DNA of 64,000 nucleotides, from the NCBI GenBank assembly GCA_018396535.1, contig JAGTQC010000002.1:192001-256000 (forward strand). Reading direction: 5' to 3'. Positions 50,193 through 58,568 of the stretch are shown one piece after another. The translations under genes were made by a program, and so were the position numbers. The notes beneath the pieces were generated by a model. The model worked only from the letters and a program-made list of their open reading frames with translations. It did not search any database and was not told the origin of the DNA. Within the stretch, counting starts at the first letter, position 1; every line of letters begins with the position of its first letter. The stretch comes from Candidatus Bathyarchaeota archaeon. Its GTDB lineage: Archaea; Thermoproteota; CALKCG01; B24; DRYS01.

Positions 50193-50438
50193 ACTGGTAA
50201 ACGTTCACTATTCGAGTAGGGGGTCGTGTATTCCTAGATTATTCCTAGATGAAACTATCATACCGATATTCTTAGAGCTAGGAGGGGTAGGGAGGCTGGT
50301 GTTTAGTAGTTTATCCTTGATATAGGATCGGATACTATTAGATTCGCTTACCTAGATACACGTATAGAGGGAAGGGGATGTAGCATACCTATAGTTGAAG
50401 TATAAGATTCTATCATAGGGTATGGGTACCGTAAGATC

Positions 50439-50891
50439 CTATATTACGGTTATATCAGCCATGAAGATCTTATTCCCAGAATCGTCTAGAACTACTACTA
50501 TGATCCTATCACCTATCCTTATATCGGGAGATCCTTCATCCCCCTTAACCTCTACTACTAGAATCCTACCTGGTGGTAGATCTACGTAACGATCACCTGC
50601 TATGATATCGTCATCATCCTTCGAATCCCAATCTAACCCGCCAGCCTTAATATTAACATCACCTATCCTCACTGTAGTAGCACCTATATTCCTTATAGTT
50701 ACACCTAACGTATTCCTATCTATGTATACGACTTTATCTATGATAACCTGAGACGGCTTCTGGCCGACCATATTCGATACCCACGTCCATATTATTACCG
50801 AAGCTACAACCGTTATGATTATGAGTAGTAGTGTCGCTACTACTGGGCTTACGATCTTCCTACCGATATTCACACGGTTTCCACGCAACAC
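50439..50891 (-). CDS. Type IV pilin
   Basis: RKI|VSPVVATLLLIIITV; IRNIG and LPPG motifs. Confidence 0.85.
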   Translation of the reverse strand: MLRGNRVNIGRKIVSPVVATLLLIIITVVASVIIWTWVSNMVGQKPSQVIIDKVVYIDRNTLGVTIRNIGATTVRIGDVNIKAGGLDWDSKDDDDIIAGDRYVDLPPGRILVVEVKGDEGSPDIRIGDRIIVVVLDDSGNKIFMADITVI

Positions 50892-51004
50892 GCATACTAT
50901 TTTGTAATCGATTACCTATAAATAGTTTTTCACTTTAGAAATATCTATAGATGTAAGTTAAAGCTAAGTTTAAAGAGCTATACGTAGAAATAATATTGCT
51001 GGTT

Positions 51005-51418
51005 ATGTCTAGACTCGCCGTATCAGAGGTAGTCGGATCCCTTCTAATGATAGTTATGGTAGTAGCTTTAGCTTCGATAGTATTGGGGGCTGTGAATCAA
51101 TGGGTTTATACGCAGAGGGGGATAACTCTCCATATGATGAGGGAGGCATTCGTAATCGAGGATGTATGGTTTAGACATATCGATAGTAGAGGTGTCATAA
51201 CGATAACTATATACAATTATGGAAGTGTAGGTTTAACAATTAGCCGCATATACGTTAACGGTACCCTAGTATTAAGCGGAGGGTATAGTATAGAGCCTGG
51301 TAGCCATTTATCGATAGATGTAGGCTACGACTGGTTCTACGATACAAAGTATGCTATCATAGTTTATACGGAGAGTGGGAGGGTTGTACGTATCGAAGAG
51401 AAATCTCCAAAAATCTAG
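51005..51418 (+). CDS. Type IV pilin
   Basis: RLA|VSEVVGSLLMIV; REAFVIEDVWF, IYNYG, IYVNG and VYTESG motifs. Confidence 0.85.
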   Translation: MSRLAVSEVVGSLLMIVMVVALASIVLGAVNQWVYTQRGITLHMMREAFVIEDVWFRHIDSRGVITITIYNYGSVGLTISRIYVNGTLVLSGGYSIEPGSHLSIDVGYDWFYDTKYAIIVYTESGRVVRIEEKSPKI

Positions 51419-52175
51419 ATGTGAATCTGAACCTATAGGCTTAGCTCTAGCAGTTATAGCGATAGTATTGATAGCCTATACATACTGGAGTATCATCGAG
51501 GGATTCTTTGAATCTGCTATCCTAAGCCTAGGAGGTATCGGTGAATCTCTAGAGGTAAGGTATGCATACTACGTGGATGAGGAAGTTTACATGGGAGAAT
51601 CCCTAGATATACTTTTAGATGGAGATTTAACTCTTAGACTCTACTTGGGAGCTGAATATATCCATGCGTTAGAGTTTAACGTTATAGCTAGATCACTATC
51701 AGGTTATACGAGGATCAAACTCTACATATACGATTATAGAGAGGGGGTATGGCATAGAATATCGGAGTTTACGGTTGACCAGTATACTAGGCTTTACGGA
51801 CCGTTTAGATTCTACCATGCTTCGAACAATCTCTACGATGGATCGATCTATATGAAATTCGAGATTTCGGATGGATCGGTAAATCTCGATAGAGTATATG
51901 CTATAGGTTATCTTAGAAGATCGAATATCGTTAGGATAGGGTTATATAGTTTATCACAGTATAAGCCGGTTATAGTATCTAGGTTATGGTTGTATGACCC
52001 GTATACTGTTTCATCCATAGATGAAAGATGTATCGTTCGATACGGATCTATCTCCGACCTATATGTAGATACTGGATCACCGTATGTATACATGGTTAAG
52101 GTGGTTACAGAAGATGGAGGAGTATATTCTAGATATCTTTGGAGGGGGGTTGATGAGCTGTATAACCATATCTAG
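51375..52175 (+). CDS. Minor pilin-like protein with inserted beta domain
   Basis: SRC|ESEPIGLALAVIA; C-terminal VKVVTEDG. Confidence 0.65.
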   Translation: MGGLYVSKRNLQKSRCESEPIGLALAVIAIVLIAYTYWSIIEGFFESAILSLGGIGESLEVRYAYYVDEEVYMGESLDILLDGDLTLRLYLGAEYIHALEFNVIARSLSGYTRIKLYIYDYREGVWHRISEFTVDQYTRLYGPFRFYHASNNLYDGSIYMKFEISDGSVNLDRVYAIGYLRRSNIVRIGLYSLSQYKPVIVSRLWLYDPYTVSSIDERCIVRYGSISDLYVDTGSPYVYMVKVVTEDGGVYSRYLWRGVDELYNHI

Positions 52176-52950
52176 ACGTAGGAGTGAATCGACGATAGTA
52201 GGGGTTGTATTCCTATTGATGGCATCCATCATAATAGCTATGTATATGGTTGAATTCTACGAAGCCTATATGGAGACACGGTGGAGGGAGGATCTTAGAT
52301 CTAGGGAGAATATAGTATTCGTAGGATTGGATGATGCCGATACTCAGCATAGAGTAGTCTATTTGATCGATAGGATTATCGAAGCATCATTCTCTGAGGA
52401 GAGCGGTTTTTATGAAGCTAATCTAACGATGAGAATGGAGCTGGGGGTATACAACGTTAGATATCTAGTCCTATACTATAGGGGGTATGTCTATTCAGAT
52501 AGGGTTGTCGAGCATACAATCTACATATCGAAAATAGATGGAGGTAGAGATCTCATAGCAAGTATAGATGCATCAAGCTATGATAGAATCTATGGACCCT
52601 TCACTATACCGAAGCCAGCTGTATACGTTTATCCAGATGGATCTATAATCATGTATATTCATGCTAAGAGTAGCGAATCCTTCGCTATACATGCTATAAG
52701 TTTTGAAGCTAGGTTTACAGGATGCTACCGTCTAGGCTTCATCCAGGTACAGAATATTGGTGATATAACCGTAGATATAGTAGGATTATGGGAGGTATAC
52801 GATTCTGGATCTAAGGTTAGAAGGGATACATGCATAGCTCTACGTCCAGGTGAAAGCTGTATAATCATCGATAGGATACCTGAGGATCTGGTAGAGGTTA
52901 AAGTTATAACTCGTAGAGGTAATATATTCATAGGTAAAGTGAAAAATTAG
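52153..52950 (+). CDS. Minor pilin-like protein with inserted beta domain
   Basis: RRRS|ESTIVGVVFLL; VQNIG and VKVITRRGN; ATG follows GGAGGGGG. Confidence 0.7.
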   Translation: MSCITISRRRSESTIVGVVFLLMASIIIAMYMVEFYEAYMETRWREDLRSRENIVFVGLDDADTQHRVVYLIDRIIEASFSEESGFYEANLTMRMELGVYNVRYLVLYYRGYVYSDRVVEHTIYISKIDGGRDLIASIDASSYDRIYGPFTIPKPAVYVYPDGSIIMYIHAKSSESFAIHAISFEARFTGCYRLGFIQVQNIGDITVDIVGLWEVYDSGSKVRRDTCIALRPGESCIIIDRIPEDLVEVKVITRRGNIFIGKVKN

Positions 52951-52952
52951 CG

Positions 52953-54518
52953 ATGTTTAGAAGATTAGCTAGCATCTTAACTAGATTTATTAAAGCTAGA
53001 AGGAGAGCTAACCCTCCACCCAAACCTCCTAGCCTTGGTTTGATAGAGGAGTATAAGGGTAAGGATATATTAGATGTATACGAGCTAGAACCAGGATACG
53101 CCTACGGTATGATAGTTAGGGATCCAGTAACTGGTGAACTACGCTACGAAATAGTTGAGCCAACCCTAACTAGTTGGGAGAGAGCTTTACTCGACTTAGT
53201 TAGATCCGAGCTTCTACGAGTTATCGATAGAACTATCGATGAGATAGGAGGCTATGGAAGAGCTGTAGAATACTTGAAGGGGAAGGTTAAAGATATACTT
53301 GCTAAGAGAGGTGTGGATCCAGGTTCATCCCTATCAAAGCTAGAATACTACCTAGTTAGGGATCTACTAGGCTATGGTAGGATAGATGCTCTAATGAAGG
53401 ATCCGAGTATAGAGGATATATCCTGTAGCGGGCCGGGTAGATATGTATATGTATGGCATAGGAGCTACGAATCCATACCGACGAATATAGTCTATGATAT
53501 AGGTGAGCTCGACTCGTTCGTGATAAGACTTGCATACAGGAGTGGTAGGATGATAACATATGCAGATCCTATAGTAGAAGCTACCCTACCGGATGGTTCT
53601 CGTATACATTTAACTTTAGGTAGCGAGGTTACTAGACATGGTAGTAGTTTTAGTATAAGGAAGTTTAGGAGAGATCTACTAACCATAGTCGATCTCGTGA
53701 ATCTAGGGACTCTTACATCGGATATGGCTGCTCTACTATGGTTCCTAGTGGAGAATAGGGTATCGGTACTAGTATGTGGTGGTATAGCTTCTGGTAAGAC
53801 TACTATGCTAAACTGTCTCTCAAACTTCATACATCCAGATGCTAAGATAGTAACCATAGAGGATACACCTGAGCTTCAACTCTACCATACTAATTGGGTT
53901 AGATCCGTAACTAGGCCTAAGACGATGTATGGAGGTGAGATAACGGTATACGATCTACTTAGAACAGCTATGAGGCAGAGGCCAGACTACATAATCATAG
54001 GAGAGGTTAGAGGTGAGGAAGCCTATACCCTATTCCAAGCTATAGCTACAGGCCATCTAGGTATGTGTACACTACATGCTGAATCTATCGAAGCAGCTTT
54101 AATGAGGCTTGAATCCCCGCCTATGAATATACCTAGAAGTATGATATCTATATTAGATACGATACTAGTACAGCGTAGAGCTGAGAAGGATGGCACACCT
54201 ATAAGGAGGACCGAGGTCCTAGCGGAGATAGTAGGATACGATAGGGAGAAAGATAGGATCGAGCTAAATATAATCTATAGGTGGAAGCCTGAAAACGATA
54301 CCTTCACCTATACTGGTAGATGTCTATCACTCGAGAATATAGCGACACGTATAGGTTACAGTATGGAGAGGGTGGAGGAGGAGATTAGTAGGAGGAGAAT
54401 GGTTATAGAATGGATGTGTAGAGCTGGTAGGAGGAGTTTCAGCGATGTAGCTGAGGTTATCAGGAGGTATGTATACGATCCTGAATCCGTATTGAGGTAT
54501 GCTAGGATAGGTGTATAG
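52953..54518 (+). CDS. Type IV pilus assembly ATPase, system 2
   Basis: DPSIEDISC, GGIASGKT, RQRPD..IGEVRG and TGH...TLHA motifs. Confidence 0.93.
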   Translation: MFRRLASILTRFIKARRRANPPPKPPSLGLIEEYKGKDILDVYELEPGYAYGMIVRDPVTGELRYEIVEPTLTSWERALLDLVRSELLRVIDRTIDEIGGYGRAVEYLKGKVKDILAKRGVDPGSSLSKLEYYLVRDLLGYGRIDALMKDPSIEDISCSGPGRYVYVWHRSYESIPTNIVYDIGELDSFVIRLAYRSGRMITYADPIVEATLPDGSRIHLTLGSEVTRHGSSFSIRKFRRDLLTIVDLVNLGTLTSDMAALLWFLVENRVSVLVCGGIASGKTTMLNCLSNFIHPDAKIVTIEDTPELQLYHTNWVRSVTRPKTMYGGEITVYDLLRTAMRQRPDYIIIGEVRGEEAYTLFQAIATGHLGMCTLHAESIEAALMRLESPPMNIPRSMISILDTILVQRRAEKDGTPIRRTEVLAEIVGYDREKDRIELNIIYRWKPENDTFTYTGRCLSLENIATRIGYSMERVEEEISRRRMVIEWMCRAGRRSFSDVAEVIRRYVYDPESVLRYARIGV

Positions 54519-55455
54519 TATGAAGTCCAGCTACCTTATACTTAGACCGATCGTAGATAGACTTGGTAGATTCAATATGATCGTACAAAGAAACCTGGAT
54601 AGAGCGTATATGAACCTAAGCTCTAAGGATTATACCGCCTCCATGATACTATACTCTTCGATATCATCGATAGCTGTGTTAATCCTACTAGCCACCGGGT
54701 TAACGCTAGATATAGAACCTCTATCACGTATATCATACATCCTCGCAGGATCCGTAGCTAAGCTCCTATCACCCATAGTATCGGATTATACTATAGCCTC
54801 GGCTATAGCTATAACGATATGGATGCTGATAGTATTCGCAGCTACATCTATCACCATGTATCTATACCCGGTATATCTATCGAGCGAACTCTCTAGGAAG
54901 CTGGAATCCGACCTCATATACACGCTCGGATATATATCGATACTTTATACAGCAGGTATACCTGTAGAGAGGATATTCGCATCCCTAGCTATAATCGGTG
55001 ATATATACAACGTAAAGCCTAGCGCTCTGAATATAGTTAAGAGTGTAGAGTTCCTAGGCTTGAATATACTCGATGCACTGGGTAGCGAAGCTGATAGGAC
55101 TAGATCTAAGATTTATCAATCCTTCCTTAGAGGTATGAGCACAGTCGTTAAGAGTGGAGGCGATTTGAAGAGTTATGTGTTAGGCTTCTCTGAGAAGGTA
55201 TTCTCAAAGTATAGGTATTCTATCGAGAATCTAACCGAGACGCTGGACTTCCTCTCAGAATTCTATCTAACCCTATTCGTTGTTATGCCTATAGTAGTAG
55301 TCGTGGTAGCTGTATTGATAGGATTAGCTGGAGGGTATATAGGTCCTCTAACACCTAGACAGATCATAGATCTAACGATCTACGTAGTCGTCCCGTTTGC
55401 ATCGATTATATTCATAGTAATAGCAGATGTGGTGATATCGAGATGGAGGCTTTAA
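54511..55455 (+). CDS. T4P platform protein, single T2SSF domain (TadB/C-like)
   Basis: T2SSF pattern (AGIP...SGGDL); coupled to the ATPase. Confidence 0.85.
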   Translation: MYSMKSSYLILRPIVDRLGRFNMIVQRNLDRAYMNLSSKDYTASMILYSSISSIAVLILLATGLTLDIEPLSRISYILAGSVAKLLSPIVSDYTIASAIAITIWMLIVFAATSITMYLYPVYLSSELSRKLESDLIYTLGYISILYTAGIPVERIFASLAIIGDIYNVKPSALNIVKSVEFLGLNILDALGSEADRTRSKIYQSFLRGMSTVVKSGGDLKSYVLGFSEKVFSKYRYSIENLTETLDFLSEFYLTLFVVMPIVVVVVAVLIGLAGGYIGPLTPRQIIDLTIYVVVPFASIIFIVIADVVISRWRL

Positions 55456-56288
55456 GGAGGCCTGGAGGAACATACATATGGGTGAAGATTAAGCTTATAG
55501 TATACCTTGTATCGATATCCATGGCGGTTGTATCCCTTACACTACTATACCTCATTCTAGGTTTAACCTACGATTTTAGGTTGAGTACGACTCTAGCTCT
55601 AGCTATATCTCTATCACCTATAGCGGTCTTTCAGATATTAGACTCTAAACTCTGTACCGAGATCGATGAGAATCTCGAGAGATTCCTTATGGATCTAGCC
55701 GACGCACAGCTATCCGGTATAACCATGATTAGAGCTTTAGAAGAAGCTGCTAATAGAAGCTATGGAGCTTTAACTGGTGATATAAGGTATATGGTTGCTA
55801 GGATTCAATGGGGGTTCACGGTAGAGGATGCTCTACAGGTATTCAAATCTAGAGTTATAACAGCCCTATCTAGGAGAATCGCTACGCTAGTAGCCGAAGC
55901 TGTAAGATATGGCGGAGACCTAGTAACAGTATTTAAGGGTACAGCCGAATTCGTTAGGAAGATAAACGATCTTAGGAGGGAGAGGTGGAGGAAGCTTAGA
56001 CCATATGTAATAGTATTCTATACATCGATAATCCTACTCCTAATACTAGCAGCTATAATATTCAAGGGATTTATAGAAGCTATAACAGTGGGGGAGACTG
56101 TATCACCGATATTCCTCACCATAGATAAACTATGGTTTAAAACCGCTATGCTAGACTTAGCTATCATAGAATCCATATTCGGAGGATTATCTATAGGTAA
56201 GGTATCTGAGGGGACGGTTAAAGCTGGAGTTAAGCATATAGTAACGCTAATGCTGGCAACCTATATTACATTCAGATTCTTCATGTAG
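55443..56288 (+). CDS. T4P platform protein, single T2SSF domain (TadC-like)
   Basis: FLMDLAD..SG, YGGD and GKVSEG...G.KH motifs. Confidence 0.87.
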   Translation: MEALRRPGGTYIWVKIKLIVYLVSISMAVVSLTLLYLILGLTYDFRLSTTLALAISLSPIAVFQILDSKLCTEIDENLERFLMDLADAQLSGITMIRALEEAANRSYGALTGDIRYMVARIQWGFTVEDALQVFKSRVITALSRRIATLVAEAVRYGGDLVTVFKGTAEFVRKINDLRRERWRKLRPYVIVFYTSIILLLILAAIIFKGFIEAITVGETVSPIFLTIDKLWFKTAMLDLAIIESIFGGLSIGKVSEGTVKAGVKHIVTLMLATYITFRFFM

Positions 56289-56301
56289 TATAACCTACTC
56301 A

Positions 56302-57261
56302 TCATTTAAGGGTTTCAGCCAGCTTCTTAACCTTAGCTTCAGCATCCATATAGTTTTCAGCTTCGACTACAGATAGACCGTAGAATTTCACAAGCCTCCT
56401 AGCTTCCTCAGATATATATGCGGTGGTAACGTAGATTATATCCACATCCACATCTATGGATATTGTATACCATTCTATAACCTTAGCTTCTGTAATAGGT
56501 TTCAGAATATTCTCTATTAGGAATGCAACCCCCCTACCGTTACTCTTCTTAACTACGAGATCGAATGTATGTACAACACCAGATTTACCTTTCAAAGCTA
56601 CGTTTTCTTCAACTTTAAACCCGACCTCCTCCAGGATGGCTTTTATACGAGATGGAAATATGAGCTTTCTAAGCGTAGATAAAACTTCTTCACTAACATT
56701 GTACTCTACGACAAACTCCATAGAGCTATCCTTCACGGTGAAGAAATCTCCGCATACCCTACAGAAGAGGTTATGCCCAGGTTCTGGAAAACGTGAACTA
56801 CATGAGAGGCATACGAACCATACGCCTACTATCCTTACATCATCAGAAATAGTCTTACCACATCTAGGGCATACACCTAGACCCTTCTCCTCGAATGACG
56901 ATTTAAATCCTATGTAGCCGCATGGGATATGCTCCATGAGCAGATCCTTTCTGATAGCTATGGAGCCGCATCTAGGACATCTATACACTATAGCTATATT
57001 CGTTGAATGGCATCTAGGACATATAACTGATAGAAATAGCATCTTCTCGGATAATATTTTTAGGGATGCTAGATCGGATAGTATACGCACGGATTCTTTA
57101 GGTAGTATTCCTGTCTCAGATTCTATCTGAGGATAGTGGTACCCGTTTTCTAGATCATAATGCACTGATAGAGGTTTACCCTCAGCTATATAGAATAGGA
57201 CCTTCTCTAGGGTTTTATCTCTAACAAGGCTAGCTAACACATCTTCGCCGATAGATACCAA
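56302..57261 (-). CDS. Multi-zinc-ribbon (TackOD1-like) protein with a C-terminal restriction-endonuclease-like domain
   Basis: wHTH-like start; CPRC x3, HIPC, CLSC and CRVC; GKSGVVHTFD. Confidence 0.75.
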   Translation of the reverse strand: MVSIGEDVLASLVRDKTLEKVLFYIAEGKPLSVHYDLENGYHYPQIESETGILPKESVRILSDLASLKILSEKMLFLSVICPRCHSTNIAIVYRCPRCGSIAIRKDLLMEHIPCGYIGFKSSFEEKGLGVCPRCGKTISDDVRIVGVWFVCLSCSSRFPEPGHNLFCRVCGDFFTVKDSSMEFVVEYNVSEEVLSTLRKLIFPSRIKAILEEVGFKVEENVALKGKSGVVHTFDLVVKKSNGRGVAFLIENILKPITEAKVIEWYTISIDVDVDIIYVTTAYISEEARRLVKFYGLSVVEAENYMDAEAKVKKLAETLK

Positions 57262-57329
57262 GACTAGACACCTTACAACTTGTAGAAGACCCTGGTAGAC
57301 TACTACGCAAACTACACGATTACCATCTA

Positions 57330-58460
57330 TTAAATTTTAGCATATATAGTACTCCTTATAGATTCAAGCTTACCCTCTATGAAATTTAATAGGTATTCTA
57401 AGTTGTATCCTTTACTAGCGGATACGATTACTGAGGGATACCTCCTACTATAATCTGCTATCGAAGATAGTCTCCTAGATAGCTTTACCGAATCTATCAG
57501 ATCCACCTTATTCAATACGAGTATAACTCTCGATCCGTCAACCCTCAGAGTCTTCTCTAGTATATCGCTTACAGTCTCAACTTTAAACCTCAATATATCC
57601 TCACTCTCAGATACATCAGCTACTAGTAGTATGAGATCTGATTGGATTATATCGTTAAGTGTTAGTTTAAAGCTTTCAATCATTAAGGGATCTAGATCGT
57701 ATACGAATCCTATAGTATCTACTAGGAAGAAGCGTCTAGCTATACCTTGAACTAGATAGTATTTACTAGAGAGGGTTGTGAATGGTAGTGGGCTTACAGG
57801 CTTCCTAAGACCTGTTAAAGCATTAAATAGGGTGGTCTTACCAGCGTTGTAGTATCCGGTTATACATACTAACGGTAGGCCTAGGCTACGTCTCTTCTCA
57901 AGCTGCATCCTTTGCATCTCTAGGTATTTATCCATCTTCTCTTTAAGCTTAGATAACCTACGCTTCAACCCTCTTATCTGATTCCTATATATGTACTCTC
58001 CACGACTCCTTAGGCTTGGATGCTCCCTCCCGATCCTATACTTCTCAGCTAGGATTATCCTATCGTAGGTGAAACTCTTCGATAGCTTAGCTATCTCTAT
58101 CTGTAGTTTCGATATCTCATCTGAAGCCATGGAGCTAAATATCTCTAACGTAAGCTCGTATCTATCTATAACCCTATGATTTAGCAACCTCTCTAGATTG
58201 AACTTCTGCTTACCGGTTAGTATGTTGTAGAATATAACGGTATCGATATCGATGGAGGATACTATGGATTTAAGCTCTAAGACTTTACCCCATCCGAAGA
58301 CGTAGTCTACGGATGGCTTGGATCTAACCTGAACAAACTCCCCCACTATGGCGTAGCCTAAAGCTTCAGCCAGCCTTCTAAGCTCCTCTAGCTTAAACCT
58401 ATAGAGCTCATGGTCATGCGGGTTCGTTTTAACCATACAAAGAATTGCTTTCCTCGACAA
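57330..58460 (-). CDS. hflX: GTPase HflX
   Basis: FGWGK, DRYELTLEIF, GYYNAGKT, DTIGF and NKVD motifs. Confidence 0.9.
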   Translation of the reverse strand: MSRKAILCMVKTNPHDHELYRFKLEELRRLAEALGYAIVGEFVQVRSKPSVDYVFGWGKVLELKSIVSSIDIDTVIFYNILTGKQKFNLERLLNHRVIDRYELTLEIFSSMASDEISKLQIEIAKLSKSFTYDRIILAEKYRIGREHPSLRSRGEYIYRNQIRGLKRRLSKLKEKMDKYLEMQRMQLEKRRSLGLPLVCITGYYNAGKTTLFNALTGLRKPVSPLPFTTLSSKYYLVQGIARRFFLVDTIGFVYDLDPLMIESFKLTLNDIIQSDLILLVADVSESEDILRFKVETVSDILEKTLRVDGSRVILVLNKVDLIDSVKLSRRLSSIADYSRRYPSVIVSASKGYNLEYLLNFIEGKLESIRSTIYAKI

Positions 58461-58568
58461 TACTCTAGCGGTATATCTTAAAGCTTAAGCTATACTTAAC
58501 CGTTACGGGTTTAACTCTTAAATACGACGCATGTAGATAGTACCCTGATCGAGTAGACACTACGGAGA

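Noticed and set aside
42990-56288. Archaellum operon
   Set aside because: No arlF/G/H or chemotaxis genes; the subunits look like pilins, not archaellins
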